Shown here: in pieces, positions 8,495 to 19,293 of the stretch | Position numbering within the stretch: the stretch's first letter is position 1 | Layout of the letters: every line of letters begins with the position of its first letter | DNA from: Calditrichia bacterium | GTDB lineage: Bacteria > Calditrichota > Calditrichia > RBG-13-44-9 > J075 | Length of the DNA: 64,000 nucleotides | NCBI GenBank assembly: GCA_050633245.1 | Contig: JBOEGD010000005.1 | Location: 1-64,000, forward strand | Direction: 5' to 3' | Made by a program: the position numbers and the translations under genes | The notes under the pieces: generated by a model | What the model saw: the letters and a program-made list of their open reading frames with translations, nothing else | Databases searched by the model: none | What the model was told of the DNA's origin: nothing

Positions 8495-10312
8495 TTAGCG
8501 GACAGGTGCGTTATTGTCGGTATCGATATACAACTTGTAGACTGCCTGATCCAGATAGGTTGCTTCGGCTTCATCTTTGTAGCCCAGAGTGTTGATATTT
8601 GCCCGCATACCCCAGGATTTCCCTTTGCCATAAACAACCAGTTGATCGACGCCTTGAATTTGCAGGAGCGAATCTGCTTTGGCAATTGCATTTGTAAAGT
8701 CAAGATGCACACTGTCGGCAGGAAATCTATCCCAAATATAACTTATGCGTAATTTCTCGGGACTGTGAACTCGTGTTAGCGAATCACCGTCAACAACCTG
8801 AACCTTATTGATGGTATCATTACTCGCGTAAAAGTAGCTCATACTAAGCAGGAGGTCATAATTTGTAATATGTTCCACCTCTCCCGTGACTGGGGGATAA
8901 TAGTAGCGAACTCCACTATCAGTAGACCAACGTCCGACATAGTCGAAGCCAAGTTCTTTTACCAGTCTATTCGTATGGCTATAAGCACTTTTGTCATCTG
9001 CCAACAGCGTATCAAGATCAGTTGCGTAGAGTGGCTTCAATGTATTGTAGCCATAATGCTGAACGAGATACTCAACCTGCCCACTAAGCTTTTTTCTTGC
9101 CTCGAATGGAAGCGGATTAGCTGATTTTTCGATTTTTCCATCAACCAGCATGTCCTGAGCCAGCAGCGTGTTCTCGAAGCGTCCGAGTTGGTTGCTTACA
9201 GCAAGGGAAGATGACCCCCAGAAACCGAAAGTAGAAAGAAGTCCGGTAGCGCAGAGAAGCATTGGGATAATCCGGATGTCCTTTTTCGTACTCAGTAGAA
9301 AATAAATTGCGAAAACTGTAATACAAATACCGACGAGGATACCAAGATAGCGCATTTCGGTAAGACCGTAATTCGAGATGCGTTGAAAGAGTGCAATGAA
9401 AAGCAAAATGATTAGTGGAATCATGGCAATATTAAACCCACGCCATACTTTGCCCATCCAGTTAAACTCCTGCTTCTTGCTGTAGGGATACAGGAATAGC
9501 CAGGTTAGTGCAGCAACGACAGAAAATGCAATAATCAGATATCCGACCCAGCCTTTCAGAAGTTCTGTATTTAAAAGAATTCTTGCGCCATAACCATATA
9601 AGATGACCAGATACGTGCTGGCAAGTGGTAGTAAAATGAACTGTCCGAAAATACGTAGCCCACGCGGGTGCACCTCATCTTGCTCCAGCTCCTCGAAAGA
9701 ATCCGGCACTCCTGCCAGAAAGAAGAGGGTGTTAAAGATACCGGCAATTAGAATGAACAATCGCCCATAGGATTCCGCACTTATATCTACATTGAAGAGG
9801 TTTTGGATTGCGGCGAGTGCCAGTGTAAGTCCCAAATAGAGCACCCATGAAAATAGTGCCGCGGTTACGAAACGCAAAAACAACGTTTTGTTATACTGCC
9901 AGAATCCATTAATTGAGGCGTCTTTGTGCAAAAACGGTGCGAAAGCGACCAGTAAGTGGAACGCAACGCTTAAAACCGAGAACCGTACGATGTGGGTGGT
10001 TGGCCAAGAAGCTCCTGCCTCGGGCAGAGAAAAATAGAAGATACCAAGAATGGCTGTTGCTGCCAGATAGCCAATTCCTTTGGAGCCCGAAGCAAGCTTG
10101 TAGCGATCCCCGGTAATATCAATTGCCAAAAACAGGGTTAACCCCAACGAAGCAGTAATGATAATGTTTGGATATAGTCCAGTATCGGCACCACGGTCAA
10201 TTACCAGAATAGCGGCCACAGTACCAATGATGCTACAAAGAACAACGAGAGGGAAGCGGCGACATGCCGTGATCACCGCATCCGTGATAAGTTTTAAAGA
10301 TATGCTTTTCAA
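8495..10312 (-). CDS. DUF4153-family multi-pass membrane protein
   Basis: RFPL N-terminus, about 10 TM segments, FW.YNK.LF, RI..YGLT..RY motif. Confidence 0.8.
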   Translation of the reverse strand: MKSISLKLITDAVITACRRFPLVVLCSIIGTVAAILVIDRGADTGLYPNIIITASLGLTLFLAIDITGDRYKLASGSKGIGYLAATAILGIFYFSLPEAGASWPTTHIVRFSVLSVAFHLLVAFAPFLHKDASINGFWQYNKTLFLRFVTAALFSWVLYLGLTLALAAIQNLFNVDISAESYGRLFILIAGIFNTLFFLAGVPDSFEELEQDEVHPRGLRIFGQFILLPLASTYLVILYGYGARILLNTELLKGWVGYLIIAFSVVAALTWLFLYPYSKKQEFNWMGKVWRGFNIAMIPLIILLFIALFQRISNYGLTEMRYLGILVGICITVFAIYFLLSTKKDIRIIPMLLCATGLLSTFGFWGSSSLAVSNQLGRFENTLLAQDMLVDGKIEKSANPLPFEARKKLSGQVEYLVQHYGYNTLKPLYATDLDTLLADDKSAYSHTNRLVKELGFDYVGRWSTDSGVRYYYPPVTGEVEHITNYDLLLSMSYFYASNDTINKVQVVDGDSLTRVHSPEKLRISYIWDRFPADSVHLDFTNAIAKADSLLQIQGVDQLVVYGKGKSWGMRANINTLGYKDEAEATYLDQAVYKLYIDTDNNAPVR

Positions 10313-10376
10313 GATTTCACCTGTATGATTTTTTTTAACTTCTATTGCATAGATAATACAGGTTGCTGAAAAATTA

Positions 10377-11387
10377 TCAAATAATTTCGACGTTCTGCTT
10401 TTTTAGTGTGCGCTTCCTTCTCTGCTTCACAAACATGTTATTTCGCTTAACTACACTATTCTCAAGATCTTCCAGTGCATTTTTGAGATTGATATGATCA
10501 AAGGTAAATCCTTCAGCAAGAATACGCTCCGGAATGACGCGACGACTCTTTATTATGAGTTCCGTCTCGGTTCGCATAAGAAATGTACCTATTTCCAGCA
10601 TCCCGCGAGTGGCGGGCAGGCCGAAGGGCGTTTTTAAAACGCTACGCATGTTTTGCATCATCTCTCGATTGGGAATCGGGCAGGGCGAGCATATATTATA
10701 AATGCCGGTGGAGTCTGGTGAGTTGATCAGCCAGTCGAGGGAGCGACAAAAATCATCCGCGTGAATCCATGATACATACTGTTTACCATGGGCCATTTTT
10801 CCGCCCAAGCCGAGTGAGGTTAGCTTGCGTAATGTCTCGTAAACACCGCCGCTTTCGTTGCCGAACACCATCGCTGTTCGCAAAGTTATCTTACGCGTAT
10901 GTGGCGTATCGGCAGCGTTAAACTCGTTTTCCCATGCTTGAGCAACGCGAACTGAGAAGTCGTCTTTGGCGGCTGGTGTTGCCCCGACAATTCCATTGAT
11001 CTCGTCATTTGCTGCATCATACGTGTGCTTGTAGATAGTTGCCGTGCTGGAATTCAACCAGACTTTCGGTGGGCGCAGTGATTGATGAATGGCTTTGCCG
11101 AGAACATGTGTAGAGCGAATTCTGGAGCTCCAGATTGCTCTTCGATTTGACTTTGTATAGCGACAGTTTACAGATCGGCCGGCAAGGTTGATAACAGCTG
11201 TAGCATCATCGAGTTCTCGTCGCCAGTTGTCTTCGAGTGTTTTTCCATCCCACAAAACTACTTTCGCACCGCGAATAGCGCGCTGTTTTCGACTTAAAAC
11301 AACGATCTGATTGCCCAATTTGATATGCCAGTTAATCAATGTTCGTCCAAGGAAACCGGTGCCTCCGGCAATGACGATCTTTTTCAT
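10377..11387 (-). CDS. TIGR01777-family NAD-dependent epimerase/oxidoreductase (YfcH-like)
   Basis: IAGGTGFLG, VINLAGRSV, SR..ST, G.QY.SWIH..D, C-terminal SRRV.P..L...GF.F. Confidence 0.9.
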   Translation of the reverse strand: MKKIVIAGGTGFLGRTLINWHIKLGNQIVVLSRKQRAIRGAKVVLWDGKTLEDNWRRELDDATAVINLAGRSVNCRYTKSNRRAIWSSRIRSTHVLGKAIHQSLRPPKVWLNSSTATIYKHTYDAANDEINGIVGATPAAKDDFSVRVAQAWENEFNAADTPHTRKITLRTAMVFGNESGGVYETLRKLTSLGLGGKMAHGKQYVSWIHADDFCRSLDWLINSPDSTGIYNICSPCPIPNREMMQNMRSVLKTPFGLPATRGMLEIGTFLMRTETELIIKSRRVIPERILAEGFTFDHINLKNALEDLENSVVKRNNMFVKQRRKRTLKKQNVEII

Positions 11388-11428
11388 AATTTGCCCCGAG
11401 ATAGGTCCTGAGTTCTGAGTTTTGAGCT

Positions 11429-12100
11429 TTACGCGTACGGCTTAAACTCATCTACCATATCAATTAATTTTGTAGAAAACTGCTTTACCAGTGGAAGCCT
11501 TGCAGATTTTAGCAGGCGCGTAACGACGGCACAACTCTTGTCTATCAGACGATCTGTCTTTTCCTGGTTTGGCGATTTATCGTATAGCCAATAGAGGATA
11601 ATCCCCATTTTGTGTAGCCAGAGCAGCTCGGGCAGACGCTTTGCAATGGACTTAGGCACGCGCAAATCGGAGCCTTCTATAATTTTTATATATAGTTGAA
11701 TGTTGCGATTGCGCAGCTCTCGCGACTCCTCGCTAAATGGAGATAGCGTATGCTGTGGATCTGCAGCAATGCGAAAAAGTGCCTTCGATACATCGTGATA
11801 GGGTTTGGCAACTTTGATATGAGCATGTAGAGAAGCGGTCAGGCGCTTATTGAAGCTCTTTAATAGTTCGAGTTGCGGCAAGAGGATGTCTAGTTGTTCT
11901 TCGTAAGAGTTCGCATAATACTGAAAGATAATATGCTCTTTGCTTGGGAAGTAATAATAAGCTGCTCCCGGTGTTAAGCCGGATTTTTCGGCGATTCTGC
12001 GCATTGTTGTTTTCTCATAACCGTCTTTAAGAAAAAGCTCGAGTGCTGCATTCAGAATGGTTTCGCGAGTGCGCTGTGCTTTGGTCGATTTGTTCTCCAC
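11429..12100 (-). CDS. TetR-family transcriptional regulator
   Basis: TRETILNAALELF...GY..TTMRRIA...G...GAAYYYFPSKE HTH. Confidence 0.93.
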   Translation of the reverse strand: MENKSTKAQRTRETILNAALELFLKDGYEKTTMRRIAEKSGLTPGAAYYYFPSKEHIIFQYYANSYEEQLDILLPQLELLKSFNKRLTASLHAHIKVAKPYHDVSKALFRIAADPQHTLSPFSEESRELRNRNIQLYIKIIEGSDLRVPKSIAKRLPELLWLHKMGIILYWLYDKSPNQEKTDRLIDKSCAVVTRLLKSARLPLVKQFSTKLIDMVDEFKPYA

Positions 12101-12510
12101 TATGCTGCTCCCTGACGATAATGAACTGTTTGTGAATTCATAGGGGGGGCAGCTTTGCTGCTGTCTTGGGACATATTACTGCGAATGCGATTGAATAGAT
12201 AAAAGTTCAACACGTGCAGAAACCCAATCACCATTAAAACGAGCCCTACCTGAGCGGCGAGAACTTCTATCGCTTCACGAATGCTGCTGATTTCGGCAGT
12301 TATTTTCAGGTTGAGTAAGATGTATCCGAGGTTTAGTAACGTAAACGCTATAACCAAAAGCTGATTTATGGAATGTGCTAAACTGGAATTGCCAGCGAAG
12401 ACAGTTGTCAGGAATTCCTGACCGCTTCGTGAAAGGATTCTGGCCACCCAGATAGTTAGCCCCACGCTGATAAGTAGATAGGCAAGATATGTGACGACAG
12501 TGTAATCCAT
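12100..12510 (-). CDS. Small 3-TM membrane protein, first gene of the TetR operon; likely start ATG 12510
   Basis: GGAGG RBS at 12516-12520; three hydrophobic segments; LA.SIN.LL...F.LLNLGY. Confidence 0.75.
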   Translation of the reverse strand: MDYTVVTYLAYLLISVGLTIWVARILSRSGQEFLTTVFAGNSSLAHSINQLLVIAFTLLNLGYILLNLKITAEISSIREAIEVLAAQVGLVLMVIGFLHVLNFYLFNRIRSNMSQDSSKAAPPMNSQTVHYRQGAA

Positions 12511-12524
12511 GCTTTCCTCCAAAA

Positions 12525-12587
12525 TTGAACGCGTTTAAAAATATCAGCAAAAGACCGCATTGTCAATAGTTTTTTAAACATGTTTAA
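12525..12587 (-). promoter_or_regulatory. Sigma-70 promoter (TTGACA 12566-12561, 17 bp, TATTTT) flanked by two related palindromes, putative TetR operators
   Basis: TTAAACATGTTTAA (12574-12587, perfect) and TTGAACGCGTTTAA (12525-12538). Confidence 0.7.
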
Positions 12588-12595
12588 TTTTAGAA

Positions 12596-12620
12596 AAGAA
12601 AGCCGCGGTTTATCGCGGCT
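12596..12620 (-). terminator. Putative intrinsic terminator
   Basis: AGCCGCG-gtttat-CGCGGCT hairpin with an A-rich left flank (U-rich on the minus strand). Confidence 0.55.
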
Positions 12621-12633
12621 GAGGAAAGAAAAG

Positions 12634-13533
12634 CTATGCTTTAACAGTGAGTGAGGCGCCGAAGGTCCAGTTGATAACGTTTTTTAGATTATTATCGAAC
12701 GGCCTGCTGAAATAGAGACCGGGAATAAATTTTCCACGCTTAAAGTTGGCGCGCGCCGAGAATTGGTGCACCGTCTGGTCTTGAAAAAAATCTGGGTTCC
12801 GCGACATCAGAATACGTCCCTTAAGACCTGCTTCAACGCTAAAATCCTTTTTATCCTGAACGACCTGAAAGCCATATCGCAGATAGAGCTCGGGGTTGAT
12901 TTCCACATCGCGAATGGGCAATAAAATGCTGAGTCCACCTTCGCCATGATAGGAAAATTTTCCTTCCTGCGATTTATGTTTGTGAACCATTACGATTGCA
13001 GATAAATATTCAGGTGCAAAGGCCTCAACTCTTTCAACAAAATCACTAAAAATGCCCAGTGCTGTTGCTTGTCCCTTACCATCTTCAAAAAGCGTAGCGA
13101 ACGGAATACGTAATCCGGTTTCCACATATGTCGCATTTTGTTGCTTTCGGGTATTGATTCCCAGAAAGATATTACCAATTGTTGTTGCACCTCCGGATGA
13201 ATCGGAATATCCAAAGTCCCGACCTACATAAGGTGTCCCTTCATTGTTTTCCATAATGTTGTTGGGGTTTAGGTTGGGCGCATTACTGACGTAGGCAAAT
13301 GGGATTTCTGCAACGATATTAAAGGCCTGAAGTGGTTGCGAAATGCTCAGGAAAAGTGAAGAGGCCAGCGTACCGGCATTACTATTACCGCGCAAACCGG
13401 GTTTAACCCATTCAATACCAATGGCTCTTTCCCTGACTTGCATTGCCGTTAACGCCTGTGCAAAGGTCTGCGTGAATGTGAGTAGTGCGAAAACGATTTG
13501 AAATAATATAATGAGTCGTAGAGTTGGTTTCAT
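12634..13533 (-). CDS. Hypothetical exported protein, probable outer-membrane beta-barrel
   Basis: Signal peptide (..TFAQA); alternating amphipathic strands; ends WTFGASLTVKA. Confidence 0.55.
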   Translation of the reverse strand: MKPTLRLIILFQIVFALLTFTQTFAQALTAMQVRERAIGIEWVKPGLRGNSNAGTLASSLFLSISQPLQAFNIVAEIPFAYVSNAPNLNPNNIMENNEGTPYVGRDFGYSDSSGGATTIGNIFLGINTRKQQNATYVETGLRIPFATLFEDGKGQATALGIFSDFVERVEAFAPEYLSAIVMVHKHKSQEGKFSYHGEGGLSILLPIRDVEINPELYLRYGFQVVQDKKDFSVEAGLKGRILMSRNPDFFQDQTVHQFSARANFKRGKFIPGLYFSRPFDNNLKNVINWTFGASLTVKA

Positions 13534-13713
13534 CTACCATCCTTCCCAGTTGAATCGGTTTTTCCCACGCATAGATGATGTGTTAATTGATAATACTAAA
13601 AGGAGTAGCGAAAGTTCAGTAGTTTATTCGTGAATCGTGAATTGGGTTAGGTCATGTGATTAACTATATTTCCCAAAGACATCAATATGAATTAACCATT
13701 GTCCGGAAAACCA

Positions 13714-14691
13714 ATGAAACGAATCTTTATCCTTGAATTAATGCTGCTTGTCTGCCTTCTCGGATGTGATAGCACACCAGAACAAGATCACATTAAAGAA
13801 AAAGTCAATGACCAATCCGGATTGAAGCCAGAGCGGCCGATAGTTAGTTTTACATTTGATGATGGACTTACCTCAGGCCTTGCCGACTATCCGTTTGAGG
13901 AATGGAACGGAAAAATTTTAGAGTCTCTTGCCAATGCCAATTTAAAAGCGATTTTCTTCGTTACCGGTTCAAATAAAACGGATAAGCGGGGTCATGAATT
14001 ATTGCAAAGCTGGAGTAATTCCGGACACCTGATTGCAAACCACACCTGGTCTCATCCAAACTTTAGTAGTGAGAAACACACTGCGGAAGAATTTGCCAGG
14101 CAATTGAGCAAAACAGATAGTGTTATCTCACAGTATGAGACCTATTCGAAACTCTTTCGGTTTCCTTATTTGAAAGAAGGTAAGACGCGGCAAAAAGTTG
14201 ATGCCATTCGCAATGTGCTGAGTGAAAACGGCTATCGTAATGGCTATGTCACTATCGACGCTTCAGATTGGTACGTCAATAGCCGATTGATTAAGCGAAT
14301 CAAAAAGGCGGGCCGTGAAAAAACAGATTTTAATGCTTTCCGCGACTTTTATCTCAAGCATATTCTGGAGAGGGCATTGTATTATGAGGATCTCTCTTTC
14401 GAACTAACCGGTAGACATATTCCCCACTCTTTGCTACTTCATCATAACTTAACGTCCGCTCTATTTCTTGACGAGTTAATTGCGCATTTCAAAGCAAACG
14501 GCTGGCAGGTTATTGATGCGGATGCGGCCTATGAAGATAACGTTTACTCAAAAGTGCCTACCACTATTCCTTCAGGTGAGAGTTTGATATGGTCTTTGGC
14601 TAAGGAATCTGGATTGTATGACCATAAATTACGATATCCGGCTGAAGATAGTCGTTACGAAAAAGCTACGATGGACAAACTGGGGCTGTAG
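13714..14691 (+). CDS. Polysaccharide deacetylase (CE4) lipoprotein
   Basis: Lipobox LLGC; TFDDG, NHTWSH, FRFPYL, LLLHH motifs. Confidence 0.88.
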   Translation: MKRIFILELMLLVCLLGCDSTPEQDHIKEKVNDQSGLKPERPIVSFTFDDGLTSGLADYPFEEWNGKILESLANANLKAIFFVTGSNKTDKRGHELLQSWSNSGHLIANHTWSHPNFSSEKHTAEEFARQLSKTDSVISQYETYSKLFRFPYLKEGKTRQKVDAIRNVLSENGYRNGYVTIDASDWYVNSRLIKRIKKAGREKTDFNAFRDFYLKHILERALYYEDLSFELTGRHIPHSLLLHHNLTSALFLDELIAHFKANGWQVIDADAAYEDNVYSKVPTTIPSGESLIWSLAKESGLYDHKLRYPAEDSRYEKATMDKLGL

Positions 14692-14794
14692 CAATATTTG
14701 CTGTACATCTATCCTTTTTAGTTGTCAGATTGCTGCTACACTGGTAATATAAAGTCAAAATTACTTACACCCACTCTGTGAAAGTACTGACTCT

Positions 14795-15652
14795 ATGGAA
14801 AGTTCTGTTTTAACCTCTGTTGTCCTGCCTTTGTCTTTAGCTATTATTATGTTGGGAATGGGACTGTCATTAGTCATAGATGATTTTAAGCGCGTTTTTC
14901 AATATCCCACTGCCGCCCTGGTTGGGCTTACAAATCAACTGGTTTTGCTGCCGCTGATTGGATTTGCTCTGGCGGTGGCATTTAATATGGAGCCCATGCT
15001 TGCTGTTGGATTAATGATTCTCGCTTCTTGTCCTGGCGGAACGACCAGTAATTTGATTACGCATGTTGCCAGGGGGGACATTGCACTTTCAATCTCACTC
15101 ACTGCCATTGCCAGCCTGATAACGGTTTTTACTATACCGCTCATTGTTTCTCTCTCGCTGGAATATTTTGTAAACGATGGTACAACTTATATTGAGCTAC
15201 CGATCTTTAAGACGCTGCTACAGATTATGGGTATTACTATTATTCCGGTAAGTATTGGGATGCTGATTCGCCATTATAAACCAAATTTTTCAGATCGCAT
15301 GGAACGTCCAATGCGCATTGCTTCCACAGTGATTTTTGTGCTGGTGGTGCTAGGCATCATTGCTGCCAATCGGGGGATTATTCTAGACGCTTTGAAGACA
15401 CTTGGAATGGTTACGCTTGGTTTGAATGTAATAACCATGACGCTGGGTTTTTATTCTGCGCGCTTTTTTAAGCTCAACCTGAAAGAGTCAATTTCAATTA
15501 CTATCGAGAGTGGCATTCAGAATGGAACACTGGCAATCGTTATTGCTACAACCATTTTACAACACAATGATATGAGTCTGCCTGCTGCTATTTACTCGTT
15601 GGTCATGTTTTTTACGGCTGGCTTTTTAATGTGGTTTTTTGGTAGGCGCTAG
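14795..15652 (+). CDS. Bile acid:sodium symporter family transporter
   Basis: MLGMGLSL, CPGGTTSN, GDIALS, E.GIQN motifs. Confidence 0.92.
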   Translation: MESSVLTSVVLPLSLAIIMLGMGLSLVIDDFKRVFQYPTAALVGLTNQLVLLPLIGFALAVAFNMEPMLAVGLMILASCPGGTTSNLITHVARGDIALSISLTAIASLITVFTIPLIVSLSLEYFVNDGTTYIELPIFKTLLQIMGITIIPVSIGMLIRHYKPNFSDRMERPMRIASTVIFVLVVLGIIAANRGIILDALKTLGMVTLGLNVITMTLGFYSARFFKLNLKESISITIESGIQNGTLAIVIATTILQHNDMSLPAAIYSLVMFFTAGFLMWFFGRR

Positions 15653-15662
15653 GAAATTTGCT

Positions 15663-16508
15663 ATGAAAACTATCTTTCCATTTGTTTTACTGCTAAGCGC
15701 GGTTGTTTTTGCTCAACCGTTCGACTCAACGCAAACCGTTTCTCTCTGGGAGCAGGGGGCACCGGGTTTTGAAGAAAGAAAAGACGAGCCTGAAAAGGCG
15801 AAGGATTACTGGGTTAAAAATGTTCACAATCCATCGATAACAGTTTTCAGGCCAAAACAACCGAATGGCTCTGCGGTATTAATCTTTCCCGGAGGCGGCC
15901 ATGGAATTTTGGTGTATACTGGTGAAGGAGTGCAGGCAGCTGAATATCTAACTTCGCTCGGTGTCACTGCTATTGTTCTGAAATATCGGCTTTTTCGCGA
16001 AGAAGGATCGCCCTACACAATCGATCATCCGAAGGAAGATGCCGTTCGCGCAATGCGTGTGGTTCGCTCGCATGCGGCAGAGTGGAATATCGATGCGGAC
16101 CGAATTGGCGTTATGGGATTTTCCGCAGGTGGTGAGCTGGTAAATATGATATCTTACAACGATTTTCCCGGTAATATTTCTGCGAACGATCCTGTTGAAC
16201 GAGAACATGCTAATCCTAACTTTCAAATTCAGATTTACCCCGGCCCGCTTAGTATTCCCAAAACAGTCGACAAGAATGCTATTCCCGCTTTTTTGCTAGC
16301 CAGTAATAATGACGATTGCTGTTCTGAAACAATTCTGAACTTACTTCTAGCCTATCGAAAAGCCGGTGCGTCGGTAGAGGCGCATTTCTATGCAAAGGGT
16401 GATCATGGTTTTAATATGGGAAATCGGTCGGAATTCAAAACAGTTCGTGGCTGGCCGATACGTTTAGCAGAGTGGCTTGAAGATTACAACTTCTTTAAAG
16501 CGGATTAG
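15663..16508 (+). CDS. Exported alpha/beta hydrolase (acetyl-xylan esterase/BD-FAE-like)
   Basis: Signal peptide from ATG 15663; PGGG oxyanion motif, GFSAGG nucleophile, HGF. Confidence 0.85.
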   Translation: MKTIFPFVLLLSAVVFAQPFDSTQTVSLWEQGAPGFEERKDEPEKAKDYWVKNVHNPSITVFRPKQPNGSAVLIFPGGGHGILVYTGEGVQAAEYLTSLGVTAIVLKYRLFREEGSPYTIDHPKEDAVRAMRVVRSHAAEWNIDADRIGVMGFSAGGELVNMISYNDFPGNISANDPVEREHANPNFQIQIYPGPLSIPKTVDKNAIPAFLLASNNDDCCSETILNLLLAYRKAGASVEAHFYAKGDHGFNMGNRSEFKTVRGWPIRLAEWLEDYNFFKAD

Positions 16509-16707
16509 GATAAATAGAAATAAATAGCAATAGCCGGAAGAGCAAATGACGGACTGCCGGAATTCACAACAGTGCTCTCCAGCTTGTGGGATGGGCGGAA
16601 AGTGGATTTTATGCTGAGTCTGCCGGTTACTTTTTTCTTGCGCATTTGCAGAGACTTCAATACTGCCCACCTTTATTCTTTTGAAGTAACGGACTAACTG
16701 AATAGAC

Positions 16708-16758
16708 TTTCCCGATTTCCCGATTTCCCGATTTCCCGATTTCCCGATTTCCCGATTT
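16708..16758. repeat. Octamer tandem repeat (TTTCCCGA)x6
   Basis: Six perfect copies in the intergenic region upstream of the porin. Confidence 0.97.
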
Positions 16759-16897
16759 TGACAGCTTATACTTTTGCCGAATCTGCGTTACAAAACAATT
16801 GCAAATTTGTTGCAGTTTTGTTAAGCTGGTCTGTCTTTACAAGTGGCACAACTTAACTGGGACGCTTCTTGTAATCCTCTTAAAGTGCGGTGAGAAA

Positions 16898-18151
16898 ATG
16901 TCTATGGAATCAGGTTTGAACTCTTTTTTATATGTAAGTAAGCAAATTAAGAAAAGTTTACTTTCTTTTGTAATTGTGTTTTTGACGCTCGCTACTTCGA
17001 TTGATGCGCAAGACAAGTCCGGGTTTAGTTCATATTGGAAAAACGGATATTATGTAGAGAGTGCCGATGGTGATTTTAAAATGAAGTTTGGTGGAAGGAT
17101 CCAGTATCATTTCTCCATGTTTAGTCAGGACGATGATATTAATAATCTCTTTGGGACCCTCGACAATGGATCGGAATTCAGACGCCTCCGCTTTTACAAC
17201 TCGGGCACAATTTATAATTCGGTGCAATATAAACTTCAGCTTAGCTATGTAAATGGTAGCGCAACGCTGGCCGACGTCTGGATTGGATTGAAGAGTCTGC
17301 CTGTCATTGGCAGCTTGCGAGTTGGTCATCTGAAGGAGGCGTTTAGCCTGGAGATGATGACCAGTAGCAATAATATTACCTTTCTGGAACGATCATTGGC
17401 CTCAGCCTTTAAAAAGCAACGTAACATTGGAATTTCTGTATTCAATAATTTGCTGGAAAATAGGGTTGCCTGGTCGATAGGTCTCTTCCAAAATACTGAT
17501 AAGTTCGGAAACTCGATTGGCGAAGGGCGAAATATAACAGCACGGTTAGTCTATCTACCGTATGTTGACGAGGATAAACGCCAGTTTCTTCATCTCGGAA
17601 TTGCCTACAGCGATCGTCAACCGGCGGATGGAGAATATTCTGTAAAATCACGTCCGGAAGCACATCTTGCACCAGCTTATGTAGGAACCGGAACGATTAA
17701 TAATGCCTCTTCTAGCTACATGGCGGGCGGAGAAATTGCATTGAAGGCAGATCGTTTTGCTTTACAAAGCGAGTATATCGCCTCGGGTGTTGATTCGGAC
17801 TCGGGTGATTTCAGCTTCAGCGGATACTATGCCGAAGCGAGTTTCTTTCTTACAAACGATCATAAAAAATATTCCAGTTCATCGAGTGCCTTCAAAGGAG
17901 TGACTCCCGCAAAAAACTTCAACCCGGAGAGCAATTCTCCGGGATTTGGCGCATGGCAAGTCGCACTTCGCTATAGCAATATCGACCTCGCTGATAAGTC
18001 TATTTCAGGTGGAGTCCTGAACGACTTTACTGCGGGCTTGAACTGGTTCCTGAATCCTGCAACGCGTATCAGCTTGAACTATACGTTGTCGAAATTAGAA
18101 GATGTCGGGTCCAGCAACATCTTTCAAACCAAATTTCAGGTCGCTTTTTAG
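16898..18151 (+). CDS. Phosphate-selective porin OprO/OprP family (start codon uncertain)
   Basis: EFRRLR, G.LKE.FSLE..TSSN..TFLERS, G.Y.E.S.FLT, GAWQVALRYS..DL, GLNW.LN; terminal F. Confidence 0.88.
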   Translation: MSMESGLNSFLYVSKQIKKSLLSFVIVFLTLATSIDAQDKSGFSSYWKNGYYVESADGDFKMKFGGRIQYHFSMFSQDDDINNLFGTLDNGSEFRRLRFYNSGTIYNSVQYKLQLSYVNGSATLADVWIGLKSLPVIGSLRVGHLKEAFSLEMMTSSNNITFLERSLASAFKKQRNIGISVFNNLLENRVAWSIGLFQNTDKFGNSIGEGRNITARLVYLPYVDEDKRQFLHLGIAYSDRQPADGEYSVKSRPEAHLAPAYVGTGTINNASSSYMAGGEIALKADRFALQSEYIASGVDSDSGDFSFSGYYAEASFFLTNDHKKYSSSSSAFKGVTPAKNFNPESNSPGFGAWQVALRYSNIDLADKSISGGVLNDFTAGLNWFLNPATRISLNYTLSKLEDVGSSNIFQTKFQVAF

Positions 18152-18223
18152 CAAAACCATGCGGCATATTGTTGCCTGGAGTCTTACTTTAATTTCAGGA
18201 AATAACATCACCTGAAAACCTCT

Positions 18224-19285
18224 ATGAAGAAAACTCAAACAGATCTTCTTATTATTGGCGCTGGTCTTACCGGTCTGGCGCTGCATTATTATTTGAGGGA
18301 TTCCGATTTAAACATCGTGATCATTGAGGCACGCGAACGTATTGGTGGCCGGATTCATACCGTTTATAGCGATGCGCAATCACCTCTGGAGATGGGGGCA
18401 ACCTGGCTTGGCAAAAAACATGTTTCACTGGTTGCTTTGCTGCAGGAGCTGAAAATAGATGTTTTTGAGCAGGAAATGGGTAAGCATGCGATCTTTCACC
18501 CGGTTTCTACCAGTCCACCCTATGTAAGTTTGCTTCCGGAAAATATGGAGCCGAGTTATCGCATAAAAGGCGGATCGTCAGCGCTTATCAATAAGCTGGT
18601 CTCTTTTGTAGATGAAGACAATCTTTTTACTAATGAAGCTGTTCTGTCTATATCTGCCATAAATAATCGCCTTGCGGTAAAGACGTCGAGCAGGATGTTT
18701 GAAGCTGCCCATGTTGTTTCTACGCTACCTCCATTTTTACTTCACAATAGCGTGGAAATAACGCCCCCTCTTCCGACTGAATTACAGCATATTGCGAAAG
18801 GAACTCACACTTGGATGGGCGAGTCGATAAAGATTGGACTCACCTTTAATGAGCCCTTTTGGCGTGCTGAAAACAGTAGCGGTACAGTTTTTAGTAATGT
18901 TGGGGCAATTCCGGAAATGTATGACCATTCAAATCCGGAAGACACCTTCTACTCGTTAAAGGGATTTATGAACGGTGCGTACTTTTCGCTTTCCAGGGAT
19001 GAACGTTTGCAGATGATATTGAGTCAGCTGTCTCAGTATTATGGCAATAAGGTAAAGGACTATCTAGCCTATCACGAAGTGGTCTGGCAAGATGAGGCGT
19101 TCACCTATGCGCCGTATGGAGATCATATTTTACCACATCAAAATAATGGTCATCCCGTTTTTCAACACTCTGTCTTCGATGGCAGGCTTTTTATTGCGGG
19201 CTCCGAGACATCTCGTGAACATCCCGGCTATATGGATGGTGCCGTGGTGAGTGCAAGACACGTAGCTACACAACTGATAAAGTAA
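18224..19285 (+). CDS. Flavin monoamine oxidase family protein
   Basis: IIGAGLTGL, EAR.RIGGRI.T, EMGATW, AGSET....PGYMDGAV. Confidence 0.88.
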   Translation: MKKTQTDLLIIGAGLTGLALHYYLRDSDLNIVIIEARERIGGRIHTVYSDAQSPLEMGATWLGKKHVSLVALLQELKIDVFEQEMGKHAIFHPVSTSPPYVSLLPENMEPSYRIKGGSSALINKLVSFVDEDNLFTNEAVLSISAINNRLAVKTSSRMFEAAHVVSTLPPFLLHNSVEITPPLPTELQHIAKGTHTWMGESIKIGLTFNEPFWRAENSSGTVFSNVGAIPEMYDHSNPEDTFYSLKGFMNGAYFSLSRDERLQMILSQLSQYYGNKVKDYLAYHEVVWQDEAFTYAPYGDHILPHQNNGHPVFQHSVFDGRLFIAGSETSREHPGYMDGAVVSARHVATQLIK

Positions 19286-19293
19286 GAGCTTAT

